Made by a program: the position numbers and the translations under genes. Below the pieces are notes generated by a model, which searched no databases, had not been told where the DNA came from, and was given only the letters and a program-made list of their open reading frames with translations. Below are positions 1 to 9,272 of a DNA stretch of 20,000 bases, in pieces (position 1 is the stretch's first letter; every line of letters starts with the position of its first letter). Source of the DNA: an uncultured virus (IMG/VR IMGVR_UViG_3300048691_000212) (Duplodnaviria; Heunggongvirae; Uroviricota; Caudoviricetes); the IMG/VR virus record IMGVR_UViG_3300048691_000212. The stretch is one strand, 5' to 3'.

Positions 1-869
1 GATACAGAGCCTGTAAACTCCAATATCTTCTTCATGGTTGGGTGAGGATTTTCCTCGCCAATTACAAAAGGGGTAGGCAATAGAAGCTTATCTTTAGTAA
101 CAGGTATATCTTGTCCAAAACAGTACAGAACGTATTGTAACCATCTGTCTTTGTAAGTATCAGATAGTTTATCAATACTAGCTTTTATTTTGGGGTTGCC
201 AGAATAAGCTATTTCACTAGTTTGGTCAACATAGTAAACTGTACTGTTAATAACGCCTTCTATAGTTTTATTAAAACCAGGAATTATTCTTGTTTTAGAG
301 TCACTATTATTTTTAATTAAGTCAAAAATATTATCAACATAATTAGTTTTAATCTCGTCCCTATTGATATTGATGTGACCTATCCAAGATTTTGTTTTCT
401 CTATTTCTGTTTTCAGATACTCTAAACTATTTTTTAATGAACTAACTTGAGAGTCCGTTACAGTATTTATTTGTGTATCCATTAAAACAATACTTTTATC
501 AAACATTGTTTTAGTTGGTGTTTCTGAATAGAACTCTACTGGATTACTAGACCCAATAGTTCCCGGCATAATAGATTCAAAAGCAGTTATGTTACTTCTT
601 GAGATAGCACCAAAACCTTTAATACTGTTAAAGACATCGTTAGCGTCAGAGATATTGTTATTAATATCATTGCTAAATTCAGGCTTAATAACTATACTAG
701 GTACTTTTCCTGCTTCTATATTCTCACCAAATAAATCAGTAACTGATGGTGTTTCTTCTTCAGGAACAGGCTTATCAGTTACTTTAACATTAAGTACATT
801 TGAAGAGGTGGATTGTTTCTCATCTTCAAAACCAAACTCTTCATCAATACCGTCGTTTAATCCAGACAT
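1..869 (-). CDS. Hypothetical, probable virion protein; partial (C-terminus runs off the window)
   Basis: Not in the ORF track. ATG at 869, 2 nt after the stop of 872..1342; frame reads MSGLNDGIDEEFGFEDEKQ...KKILEFTGSV with no stop found down to the window edge. Acidic N-terminus; lies in a co-oriented block with a probable virion gene. Confidence 0.8.
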   Translation of the reverse strand, partial: MSGLNDGIDEEFGFEDEKQSTSSNVLNVKVTDKPVPEEETPSVTDLFGENIEAGKVPSIVIKPEFSNDINNNISDANDVFNSIKGFGAISRSNITAFESIMPGTIGSSNPVEFYSETPTKTMFDKSIVLMDTQINTVTDSQVSSLKNSLEYLKTEIEKTKSWIGHININRDEIKTNYVDNIFDLIKNNSDSKTRIIPGFNKTIEGVINSTVYYVDQTSEIAYSGNPKIKASIDKLSDTYKDRWLQYVLYCFGQDIPVTKDKLLLPTPFVIGEENPHPTMKKILEFTGSV

Positions 870-871
870 TG

Positions 872-1342
872 TTAATTAGCCAAAACAGTAGTCAACTCGT
901 TTACTAGTTTTACTACGTTGTTAGTGTAAATAGCCAAAAGTTGCATATTCTCTTGTATGAAACCAAGTTCAACATCAGAGAACACATCACCAAAACCACA
1001 CATAAACGAAATACTGGGAGTGCTACCTGACGCAAATACAAACTCGTTTGAATAGCAAACGTTGTAACGCATCATCCAGAATTTACGGGCTAGCTCTTGA
1101 ATTCTGCTTGAGTCTACAGGGATAATATCTGCAATCACATTGAGCTTTTCACGAATGAAAGGAACAGCTTCATTGAGATAAGTTTTATCAACGTTTTCAG
1201 ACCGAGTGCCAGGTACTGTCATTTTAAAAACAATAGCTCTAGCTATGGCGTATGAAGTCAGCTCTGTGGCTGTTGAGCCTGCACCTGTAAAAGAATTTAC
1301 AAAACGAAATGAATCAGGTGACAGTTTGGTAATGTTGTACAT
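872..1342 (-). CDS. Conserved hypothetical jumbo-phage protein, possibly virion-associated
   Basis: 156-aa ORF with purine-rich RBS (AAAGAGAAAACAATG), tightly packed between neighbours; virion role inferred only from context. Confidence 0.7.
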   Translation of the reverse strand: MYNITKLSPDSFRFVNSFTGAGSTATELTSYAIARAIVFKMTVPGTRSENVDKTYLNEAVPFIREKLNVIADIIPVDSSRIQELARKFWMMRYNVCYSNEFVFASGSTPSISFMCGFGDVFSDVELGFIQENMQLLAIYTNNVVKLVNELTTVLAN

Positions 1343-1357
1343 TGTTTTCTCTTTGGT

Positions 1358-2668
1358 TTAAATATGTTTAAGTTTTGCGGCGCTTACAAATAGATCATTG
1401 TTTGCTAATTGCTCCAAAACACCTTGGAGTTCAATTTTTATTTTTAAATCTTTAGAATCAGAAAATAAGAAATTAGCTATAGCAGAATAGATCTTATTAC
1501 TTTTTATTAAATAACTACTAAGTTCATCCAATGCTTCTATACCCTTATCTAGCTCAGTAACTAACTCCTTAGTTAACTTAGGGTCTTTAGCTAAAGCTAC
1601 ATATTGTTCTCTTACACGTCTTATTCTAGTTTCGTCTAAGTCATAATTATGACTCATTACGTCCGTTCTAGCTACAAAAATATTAGCTATTAAACTACCT
1701 AGTCCTAAACCTAGTGCAAGAGGGACAGCAAATACAGCACCCCCTCCTATTGCAATCAAGCTTGTAATTAGGGAAAATTCACTAATTACAAAATTTAAAG
1801 AACTAAATATTTTACTTCGGGAAATAGAGAACCCACCTAGTTTTTCAAGAGCTAGCATGGTTTCTTTACCGTATCCATGCCTTGAAGCAAACTGGTCTGC
1901 TAACATTTCGGATGAGCTAACGTCATAGTGACCGGTATTAATTTCCGACTGTCTTTTATTGTTACTTGTTTTTAACAGAACCAAAGCTATTTTTTCTTTG
2001 TTACATTCTTTAGCCAGGTCATCAATATTGTTTAAAGTAACCCCTAAACCTTTAGCTGTTTCATAAATAATATCAGTTCTCTCAACCAAAGGTTTATCTT
2101 TAGTTAAGTTTTGACTAATATAGTTAAGAACTTGATTAGTGGTAGTTCTTTCGGCGAAATATTCAAAGAAAGTAAAAGCATGGCCCAGCTCATGTAGAAA
2201 TACAGCTGTTATTTCTTTTGCTGTAAGTTTAAACCAAAGCATTGAGCTAGGGGGCATATGTATCTTTACTTCAACATTACCAAAAGCACCTAGTACTTTA
2301 CATGTTTTTAAATCTACACCCGCTTTATATTTATTTTCTTCCAGTATCTTAGCAAATTCTTTAACACCCTTAGTAAAATCTAAATAATTAGATATACCTT
2401 CTAGAAGTAACGAATGATTTGCGTTAATAAGAGGAACCACATAACAAGGACCGCCAACTTCGGATACAAGGTCTGTTTTTAAATTAATGTTTGTATGTCT
2501 TTTAACAATTGCATCCAACAAATGTGAGTTATTTAATTTTTTAATTTCAGCAGCATTTTTACATGATTTTAAAAGATCTTCAAAAAACAACTCAATCTCT
2601 TTGCCAAGTTTACCAGATTGAAAATCAATCGTCTCCATACCGACACCATCCAATAGGCGGCTTCGCAT
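1358..2668 (-). CDS. Probable virion protein with zincin (HExxH) metallopeptidase motif and hydrophobic segment
   Basis: FLHELGHAF motif, downstream EMLADQFASRHGYG, hydrophobic LITSLIAIGGGAVFAVPLALGLGLGSLIANIF. Start better placed at ATG 2668 (GGAG upstream) than TTG 2680. Position next to the polymerase subunit resembles recalled phiKZ gene order. Confidence 0.7.
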   Translation of the reverse strand: MRSRLLDGVGMETIDFQSGKLGKEIELFFEDLLKSCKNAAEIKKLNNSHLLDAIVKRHTNINLKTDLVSEVGGPCYVVPLINANHSLLLEGISNYLDFTKGVKEFAKILEENKYKAGVDLKTCKVLGAFGNVEVKIHMPPSSMLWFKLTAKEITAVFLHELGHAFTFFEYFAERTTTNQVLNYISQNLTKDKPLVERTDIIYETAKGLGVTLNNIDDLAKECNKEKIALVLLKTSNNKRQSEINTGHYDVSSSEMLADQFASRHGYGKETMLALEKLGGFSISRSKIFSSLNFVISEFSLITSLIAIGGGAVFAVPLALGLGLGSLIANIFVARTDVMSHNYDLDETRIRRVREQYVALAKDPKLTKELVTELDKGIEALDELSSYLIKSNKIYSAIANFLFSDSKDLKIKIELQGVLEQLANNDLFVSAAKLKHI

Positions 2669-2736
2669 AACTAACTCCAAAATTATTAAGTTACTGTACC
2701 AACAAATAGGATGTAGTACAAACTAAGGATTAAACA

Positions 2737-4440
2737 ATGACTCAAATAATTAAGCCAAAAGTACCTGAAAATGTCCTGGGTATGGAGTGTAGATTTGCTG
2801 TTTATATCGACCCACCAGATAGAGATATGCCCGACATGCATCTGATAAAAGAAAACATTACTTATAAAGACGGTACTGTAAAACCAAATGTTAAGTTAGT
2901 TTGGGATTATAAGCGACCTTTTTGGATTAACAAAGAAGGTACTCGTAATTATAAGCAAAAGAAAGAATGGACTGAAGAATCTAATCTATTAAAATACTCT
3001 ACCACACAATCAAAGTTAGTAGAGTCTATTAATAGAGCAATGAAGACACCATGGATTAAAGGTAATCTTAAAAAGATTTGCTCATCTCCTTATATTTACG
3101 GGGCTGATATTTTATCTACAGCGCTTATTAAGAATTCCTATAAGGTCGCATTTCCTTCCCTACAGTCTAAATATTCTGTTGCTGTTTTTGATACTGAAAC
3201 AGATGTGCTAAACGGCACAGGTGAAATTATCATGGCTACAATTACTTTTAAAAATACTGTCTTTACTGCCGTTGTAAAAGACTTTATTAAAGGGTATTCA
3301 AATGTCGAGAACAGGGTAGGCGACATGATGAATAAGTATCTCGATAAATATGTTGAGAAAAGAGGATTACAACAAAAGCTAATTATTGTAGATACTCCTA
3401 TTGACGCCATTAAAGCCTGTCTAGACGTAGCACATAAACTAAAACCAGATTTCTTAGCAATTTGGAGTCTTGACTTTGATATTACAAAAATCATTGAGGC
3501 TTGCGAAAAAGCAAGGGTAAATCCAGCTACCCTATTTAGCGACCCTATTGTTCCTAAAGATTATAGATACTTCAACTATATTAGAGGACCTAAGCAAAAG
3601 GTTACGGCCAGCGGTTTAGTTACGTCTATTAAACCACCAGCGCGATGGCATACCGTTGTTACTCCTAGTAGTTTTTATGTAGTAGACGCAATGTGTGTTT
3701 ATAAACATAACCGAGTAGGACAGCCCGAGAAACAATCTTATTCTCTTGATGCTATTCTTGACGAAGAGCTAGGTATTAGAAAATTAAAATTTGATCTACC
3801 TGGGGTAACTAACGAGACTGGTTTAAAATGGCACCAAGTAATGCAAACCAAGTATAAACTTGAATACATTATTTATAATATTTTTGATTGTTTGTCTATA
3901 GAAGAATTAGACGAAAAGACCTTAGATTTGTCGCTTACCTTTCCGATGTTCTCAGGTATCTCTGAGTTTAGTAAATACACTTCACAACCTAGACGAACAG
4001 CCGATAGACTGCATTTTCATTGCCTAAAACATGGTAAAGTAATGGCTACCACCGGTGAGGATAAGGAAGGTAATTTCGATGATAAAGTGCTTGGATTATC
4101 GGATTGGATAATCACATTACCTGCTCACCTGGTGGAAGATAATGGCTTAACATGCATTGAGGAAGATCCTTACCTTTCGACAAACGCTAGGGGGCACGTA
4201 GCTGATCTTGACGTTAGTGCAAGTTATCCAAATGGACAATGTGTTGCGAACGTATCCAAAGAAACAACTAGAAAAGAGTTAACTTCAATTGAAGGTATCG
4301 AGCTTCATAAACAAATGATGTCTACAATCAATTTTTCAGGTGGACAGACTAATGCCGCTGAGTTTTGTCAAACACTTATGAACTTTCCATCTTTTCCTAA
4401 GTTATTAGATATCATTAAACAAAAAGAAATTGTAATATGA
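2737..4440 (+). CDS. Split family-B DNA polymerase subunit: DEDDy 3'-5' exonuclease plus palm motif A (phiKZ gp82-like)
   Basis: ExoI VFDTETD, ExoII WSLDFD, ExoIII YNIFD, PolB motif A DLDVSASYP near the C-terminus; no motif B or C; RBS AAGGA upstream. Confidence 0.85.
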   Translation: MTQIIKPKVPENVLGMECRFAVYIDPPDRDMPDMHLIKENITYKDGTVKPNVKLVWDYKRPFWINKEGTRNYKQKKEWTEESNLLKYSTTQSKLVESINRAMKTPWIKGNLKKICSSPYIYGADILSTALIKNSYKVAFPSLQSKYSVAVFDTETDVLNGTGEIIMATITFKNTVFTAVVKDFIKGYSNVENRVGDMMNKYLDKYVEKRGLQQKLIIVDTPIDAIKACLDVAHKLKPDFLAIWSLDFDITKIIEACEKARVNPATLFSDPIVPKDYRYFNYIRGPKQKVTASGLVTSIKPPARWHTVVTPSSFYVVDAMCVYKHNRVGQPEKQSYSLDAILDEELGIRKLKFDLPGVTNETGLKWHQVMQTKYKLEYIIYNIFDCLSIEELDEKTLDLSLTFPMFSGISEFSKYTSQPRRTADRLHFHCLKHGKVMATTGEDKEGNFDDKVLGLSDWIITLPAHLVEDNGLTCIEEDPYLSTNARGHVADLDVSASYPNGQCVANVSKETTRKELTSIEGIELHKQMMSTINFSGGQTNAAEFCQTLMNFPSFPKLLDIIKQKEIVI

Positions 4441-5351
4441 TAAAACCAATGTTAGCTGAAGATTACGAGGAGGGTAGCTTAGTATTCCCTCTCTATCTTC
4501 AACCCAAAATAGACGGAGTGCGTTGTTTAAAATTAGAAGAATATCCCACAGGGAGATCTCTTAAACAACACGCTAACAAATACACTACACAATTTCTTAG
4601 TAATCCAATTTACGATGGGTTGGACGGTGAGCTAGCTGCTAGCTATGAAACTGACCCAGCTCTTTGTAGAAAGACTTCCAGTGCTCTTAGTACAAAAGAA
4701 GGTGAACCTAATTTAACTTGGCATGTCTTTGATATTATTAATAAATATACTAGAAATCTTATCTATAGTAGACGATATGAAGAATTAAAATTTAAGTTTA
4801 GAGAATGGGAAGTTTATAATAATGAAAATACAAAGGTATTAAAATTAGTACCTACTGTAATGATTTATGACATTCAGCAGTTAAGATTAGAAGATACTAA
4901 GAACTTAGATAAAGGTTACGAAGGTAGCATTATACGTGACCCTAATGGTTTGTACAAAGAAGGCAGAAGCACTGTTAAAGAAGGTGGTCTTCTGCGTATT
5001 AAACACTTCATTGAAGAAGATGCTACTGTATTGTCTGTTATTGAGGGTGAGACTAATGGTAATGAGAAAGTTACTAATCTCTTAGGTAGAAGTGAGAGAA
5101 GTTCATACCAAGAGAACATGTCTTCCAATGGACTTATCGGTTCTTTAATTTGTAAGGATATTAAAACAGGTAAAAAGTTTATTTGTGCTGCTGGGACTTT
5201 AACAGTTGTTCAAAGAAAATTCTATTTTGAGAATCAACATTTAATTGTTGGGCAGATAATCAAATACAAATACTTTCCTAAAGGTATTAAAGATAAACCA
5301 AGATTTCCAACATTTCAAAGTTTTAGAATAACAAGTGATATAATTATTTAA
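4437..5351 (+). CDS. ATP-dependent DNA ligase, minimal type
   Basis: Motif I QPKIDGVR (KxDG), III LDGEL, IIIa HVFD, IV GYEGSIIR, V LLRIK, VI PRFPTF; ATGA overlap with the polymerase subunit gene. Confidence 0.93.
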   Translation: MIKPMLAEDYEEGSLVFPLYLQPKIDGVRCLKLEEYPTGRSLKQHANKYTTQFLSNPIYDGLDGELAASYETDPALCRKTSSALSTKEGEPNLTWHVFDIINKYTRNLIYSRRYEELKFKFREWEVYNNENTKVLKLVPTVMIYDIQQLRLEDTKNLDKGYEGSIIRDPNGLYKEGRSTVKEGGLLRIKHFIEEDATVLSVIEGETNGNEKVTNLLGRSERSSYQENMSSNGLIGSLICKDIKTGKKFICAAGTLTVVQRKFYFENQHLIVGQIIKYKYFPKGIKDKPRFPTFQSFRITSDIII

Positions 5352-5369
5352 ATAAAAAAAAACATACTC

Positions 5370-5414
5370 TATTAATCACCCGCTAACCTATCAATGGTTA
5401 GCGGGTGATTAATA
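5370..5414. terminator. 19-bp perfect inverted repeat between convergent genes; probable bidirectional terminator
   Basis: TATTAATCACCCGCTAACC-tatcaat-GGTTAGCGGGTGATTAATA; A-tract to the left. Confidence 0.8.
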
Positions 5415-5420
5415 TATTGG

Positions 5421-5855
5421 TTATTTCAAATTGAGCATTTCTTTGATATCGTCAACAGTTTTGATTTCTTTGGAACGAGTAACCCACTGATTAACGTCTT
5501 TGTCAAAGATATATTGTTCAGAAACAATGGTTGGCGCCATTACACTAACTTGTGCAATAACATTTACCATACCTGTTTCTTTTGCAACAAGAAGAATATT
5601 TCGTCGTTGTTCATCTTGACAAAAATAAACATTTCCAAGTTTAAGTGTGGTAAATGGTACTACACAATCTTTGTGGTAATATTGTTGGTTTTCAATTTTC
5701 CACTGAGGATCAAAATCGACTGGCGGGTTTTTCCTTGGTCGCGTGAGTGGGTGGTAACATTGGTTACCGATACGCCATGTTGGGTCAAATTGTAAACGCA
5801 GTGTTTCTGGGTTATTGCAAATGTCGTTAAAAATTTGTTGGGCTGGATTGAGCAT
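5421..5855 (-). CDS. Hypothetical protein with internal FDPxWxIxNQ duplication
   Basis: 144-aa ORF, co-oriented with the island; FDPTWRIGNQCYH and FDPQWKIENQQYYH. Confidence 0.75.
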   Translation of the reverse strand: MLNPAQQIFNDICNNPETLRLQFDPTWRIGNQCYHPLTRPRKNPPVDFDPQWKIENQQYYHKDCVVPFTTLKLGNVYFCQDEQRRNILLVAKETGMVNVIAQVSVMAPTIVSEQYIFDKDVNQWVTRSKEIKTVDDIKEMLNLK

Positions 5856-5895
5856 GATGATTTCTTAAAAACCTTAAATTTACTACAGTTATAAA

Positions 5896-6444
5896 CTAAA
5901 TTTGAGTAACACTGCATTCTTCCACTAATCTTTCTAGTGTAAATACCCACAATGTTTTATTTCTGTTATGCGCAAAGAACTTACCTGGATAATATTCACT
6001 ATGTTTATTATTACTTAATAACGTAGCTATTTCATCAATACTTTGTCTTTGGTTACAGAATGGAAATGCTTCACCAAGATCACTGTCGTAACAAATATAT
6101 ACTTGGTAATGGGTTAGTTCCTCAGGTAACCACACAGGCATGTAATCTTCTTCGACAGGCCTAGGACCGGCATAATCAGTATACGTTGCATTTCCTTCTC
6201 TCATGGAGATAGGGATACCGTATTCTTTCGACCTTAGTTTCCAACCACCGTTATTATAATCGCGTAGAAAACCTTCTTTCCATTTAGCGTTACTTGTGTC
6301 CCAAGTAGATGATTGTTTTATCCAGTCTTTACCGTCTAGTAATTTAACATACGTATTTTTTGCTACTGGGTGTTTCCAGTCTGCTGATACTCTACGTATC
6401 ATGATGTTTAATTCTTTACCTACACGATCTAGTATGCTAGTCAT
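5896..6444 (-). CDS. Phage hypothetical protein
   Basis: 182-aa ORF; RRVSADWKHP and GPRPVEEDYMPVWLPEELTHYQVY resemble a widespread uncharacterised phage family (from recall). Confidence 0.75.
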   Translation of the reverse strand: MTSILDRVGKELNIMIRRVSADWKHPVAKNTYVKLLDGKDWIKQSSTWDTSNAKWKEGFLRDYNNGGWKLRSKEYGIPISMREGNATYTDYAGPRPVEEDYMPVWLPEELTHYQVYICYDSDLGEAFPFCNQRQSIDEIATLLSNNKHSEYYPGKFFAHNRNKTLWVFTLERLVEECSVTQI

Positions 6445-6450
6445 GTCATT

Positions 6451-6813
6451 TTACTCATATTGATTTCTTGGAAAGCCTTTAGGTGTAGCCCACCAACTAT
6501 TAAAAGGTTGGTCTTTTACCAAGTTTTCATTTGCTGGGATTATGTCTATTACGGACAGGAGTTTGTCTATATCTCCGTCATATTCAAATAAAGGAATCCA
6601 TTCAGAAGTCTCTCTGACATATCTCCAAGTAGTCTCATTCATTCCAGGAATAGAATTAAATTCTTCTTCCGTCAGATGAGAATTTTGTATTACTCCTAAC
6701 CAGTTCTCATGAGAGAAGCCAAGGTGAGGACTATCTCGCAACGTTAGTATTTCAACTATTTCTTTATACGTATAAATAGTCCCGCATTTTGGATATATTT
6801 TATTCATCTTCAT
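6451..6813 (-). CDS. Hypothetical protein
   Basis: 120-aa ORF with AAGGA RBS (ATG at 6807 may be the true start); first gene after the candidate promoter at 6842-6870. Confidence 0.75.
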   Translation of the reverse strand: MKMNKIYPKCGTIYTYKEIVEILTLRDSPHLGFSHENWLGVIQNSHLTEEEFNSIPGMNETTWRYVRETSEWIPLFEYDGDIDKLLSVIDIIPANENLVKDQPFNSWWATPKGFPRNQYE

Positions 6814-6841
6814 TTCCTTATTGTAAACAAGTTGTTATCTA

Positions 6842-6870
6842 TCTCATGTTTATAATAAGTGGTTATAAAA
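6842..6870 (-). promoter_or_regulatory. Candidate phage early promoter, copy 1
   Basis: Minus strand TTTTATAAC-CAC-T-TAT-TATAAACA-TGAGA; same motif and spacing as 11764-11792. Confidence 0.55.
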
Positions 6871-6890
6871 AAATAAAATAAAGAAAGACT

Positions 6891-6930
6891 CTACACTCTA
6901 CTAAGCTTGTTACCGCTTAGTAGAGTGTAG
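6891..6930 (-). terminator. 16-bp perfect hairpin; probable terminator
   Basis: CTACACTCTACTAAGC-ttgttacc-GCTTAGTAGAGTGTAG; T-rich tail downstream on the minus strand; 21 nt after the stop of 6952..7788. Confidence 0.8.
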
Positions 6931-6951
6931 GTATATTTTGTTAAGCTGGAA

Positions 6952-7788
6952 CTACTTTAAAGGGTCAATATTTTTACTGAACCATTCTGGTGTTATTTCT
7001 TCAAGAAGAATATTCTCTTTGAACAATTCTCTCCCCGTTCTTTTACGGCTAAAGAAACTGATATTTGTTTCAGGAGTAAATACTACCTCCCAGTACCCAT
7101 AGTAGTAATCATCATAAAACATAATCGACCCACTAGCACCGATAGCCACCAAGGGTAGGGGTAAAACATCAGGATATTTAGTCAAGAAAGTTTTTGCGAG
7201 CAAAACACAATTTTCGGTAGGCGGTTTCTCATCTTCACCTCCCCAGTTATGTTTGAAGCCTGAATACTCATTTAGTTTGTCATCTAAATGTTTTTTACCA
7301 GCTTCGCGCACTGCCTTTTGCTCAATTAACTTAATACGAAGAAAGTCACCTAACTTTGCAGAAGACTCCCTTTTAGTAAGAACTTCCTCACCGATAGGAA
7401 TAGCCTGCACTAGGCTTTCACTGGTTTTTGTAGAATTAAAACCAAACTTAAACTCACCCTCCTTCTCAAGACAATCATCCAAGTGATGAGATTTGGTTGT
7501 CCTGGTTTCAATTAAACCAGTAGATCGTTCCACAAAAGCTTTAATGGCTTCATCTTGAAATAGAGCAGGGTAGTATTCCGTATTACTTACCATGAAATGA
7601 TGTTCACCCGGAGTGGGTAAATCCTCACCGTACTTACCTTCCTGCCGCTCCAAATATTTCACTTCGTACAAATAGCCTTCTTTGTATCCGTAAAATTTGG
7701 CATTATGGTAAGTCAAAATGAGACTATCTCCACTGGAAAAAGTGGTCTTCATTTCGGTTATTACACTAGCTTTTTCTTCAATAGACAT
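6952..7788 (-). CDS. Hypothetical protein, probably two-domain
   Basis: 278-aa ORF; C-terminal HNWGGEDEKPP...AKTFL...P.V...SGSIMF...WEVVF resembles the uncharacterised 'NWDGYxAxPP' domain family (from recall). Confidence 0.75.
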   Translation of the reverse strand: MSIEEKASVITEMKTTFSSGDSLILTYHNAKFYGYKEGYLYEVKYLERQEGKYGEDLPTPGEHHFMVSNTEYYPALFQDEAIKAFVERSTGLIETRTTKSHHLDDCLEKEGEFKFGFNSTKTSESLVQAIPIGEEVLTKRESSAKLGDFLRIKLIEQKAVREAGKKHLDDKLNEYSGFKHNWGGEDEKPPTENCVLLAKTFLTKYPDVLPLPLVAIGASGSIMFYDDYYYGYWEVVFTPETNISFFSRKRTGRELFKENILLEEITPEWFSKNIDPLK

Positions 7789-7854
7789 GGTTGTTTCTTT
7801 CTAGAGTTAAATACCGTTTAAGTCTTCGTCTGTTTGGTGAGTAACCGTGTCGTC

Positions 7855-9249
7855 TTATTCACTTTCGCTTGCGCGATAGCTGTCAACGATAGGTTCCTCT
7901 CTTGAGTAATGAGGATTAGTCTGATACCCCATTTCTTCACCAGCGCCAAGAGGAACTAAATCGGTTGTTCCATCCATGCAAGCACGTCCTTCGTCGCTGC
8001 CTCGTGCAGCGGAATACATAGCTGTACGAGAATGACCACTAGAGTTAGTAAATGGATTAAGAGGATGCACGCCATTTAACAAATCAACTTTATTTTCTTC
8101 CGTAGTTCCTTCTGGTTCAGATGTATCAACAGGGTAGTCACTGAACCGGTCTGCAAAATTACAGCTGTAATCTGAACCCTGGTCAGGAGTCAAAGTAGAG
8201 CCATCAGAATTCCTTTCCATTTCATCTTGGTGTTCTTTGGGAGCATTAAAACGTTGTTCAAAGTAGTGGCTATCATTCAAAAAATCTTCATCTCTGTACA
8301 TTTCTTCGTACATAACTTTTTCAGCTGCTTCTGCCAGCTTGATAGGCATTAAAAATTTATTGAGTAAACGTTTAACGGCTTTGTTCAACTTTTGTTTACT
8401 GCACTTGACATACGACATATCACACCAATAATCACCAGGTACAAAACTTGTCTGCAATACCCCTTGTTTTAAAAGCTGTTCAATCAAAGCTTCTGTCTTC
8501 AAACACATTTCTGGTTTGATGTACTTAGAAACAACATGCATAACCAAAGACCGGGTATCGCCAAACACTAAGTATTGCGACTTGTGTTTGGTAATTCCGT
8601 AAGACCCTTGATTGCGACGTTGTGATTTAGCAAACCAATCTTCACGACCACCGCTGTTAACGTCGATTTTAATCTCACCGTCACCACGTTTGATGATCTT
8701 GGTTACCCAAGAAATGTTAATGCTTGTATAATGCAAACTTTCGATTTCAGACGGAATGTCAGTAATCAGAACGTAGCTGTTGACTCCATTTTGTACAACA
8801 CCCTGCACTGTAAAACTAATAGGTTCTTGGTAGCTTACCTTTGCTTCACAGACAGTACCAATAGGGAAATGACCAACATTCCATTTTACTGGACGGTAAT
8901 CGGGTGGATAGTTATCGTTAACAAAATCAACCAGTTCTTTAACAGTGGTGAGTTGTTTGAAATCCTTGAAGAAAACTTGAACATATTCGTCAACGGTAGA
9001 GATTTCTCCTTCTGGACATTCTTCGTTCACTTCAACCTTCAAGGGAAAGATTGTTGTTGATGTAACAAAGTCCAGAGGAATAGTATCTTCACCAAAGGAA
9101 TACCGGTCTGAGAGAAAGAATACTTTCTTTTCATGATCAGATATGCAGTAGAAAGATCCGTGGTTGTATGCACGGGTCATAGCTTGCTGATTTGTCAGGA
9201 CACCATAGTACAAAGAACTGTAGGTCCACAATTGTTTTACTGTTAACAT
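7855..9249 (-). CDS. Hypothetical protein with long acidic, probably disordered C-terminal tail
   Basis: 464-aa ORF, AGGAG/GAG upstream; last ~150 aa are D/E/S/T/P/G rich. Confidence 0.8.
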   Translation of the reverse strand: MLTVKQLWTYSSLYYGVLTNQQAMTRAYNHGSFYCISDHEKKVFFLSDRYSFGEDTIPLDFVTSTTIFPLKVEVNEECPEGEISTVDEYVQVFFKDFKQLTTVKELVDFVNDNYPPDYRPVKWNVGHFPIGTVCEAKVSYQEPISFTVQGVVQNGVNSYVLITDIPSEIESLHYTSINISWVTKIIKRGDGEIKIDVNSGGREDWFAKSQRRNQGSYGITKHKSQYLVFGDTRSLVMHVVSKYIKPEMCLKTEALIEQLLKQGVLQTSFVPGDYWCDMSYVKCSKQKLNKAVKRLLNKFLMPIKLAEAAEKVMYEEMYRDEDFLNDSHYFEQRFNAPKEHQDEMERNSDGSTLTPDQGSDYSCNFADRFSDYPVDTSEPEGTTEENKVDLLNGVHPLNPFTNSSGHSRTAMYSAARGSDEGRACMDGTTDLVPLGAGEEMGYQTNPHYSREEPIVDSYRASESE

Positions 9250-9272
9250 TTCTCATTTCTCCTAAATAGTAT

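Noticed and set aside
2737..4440. Polymerase as a truncated pseudogene
   Set aside because: Intact ORF with catalytic exonuclease residues; split PolB is the normal state in phiKZ-like phages.
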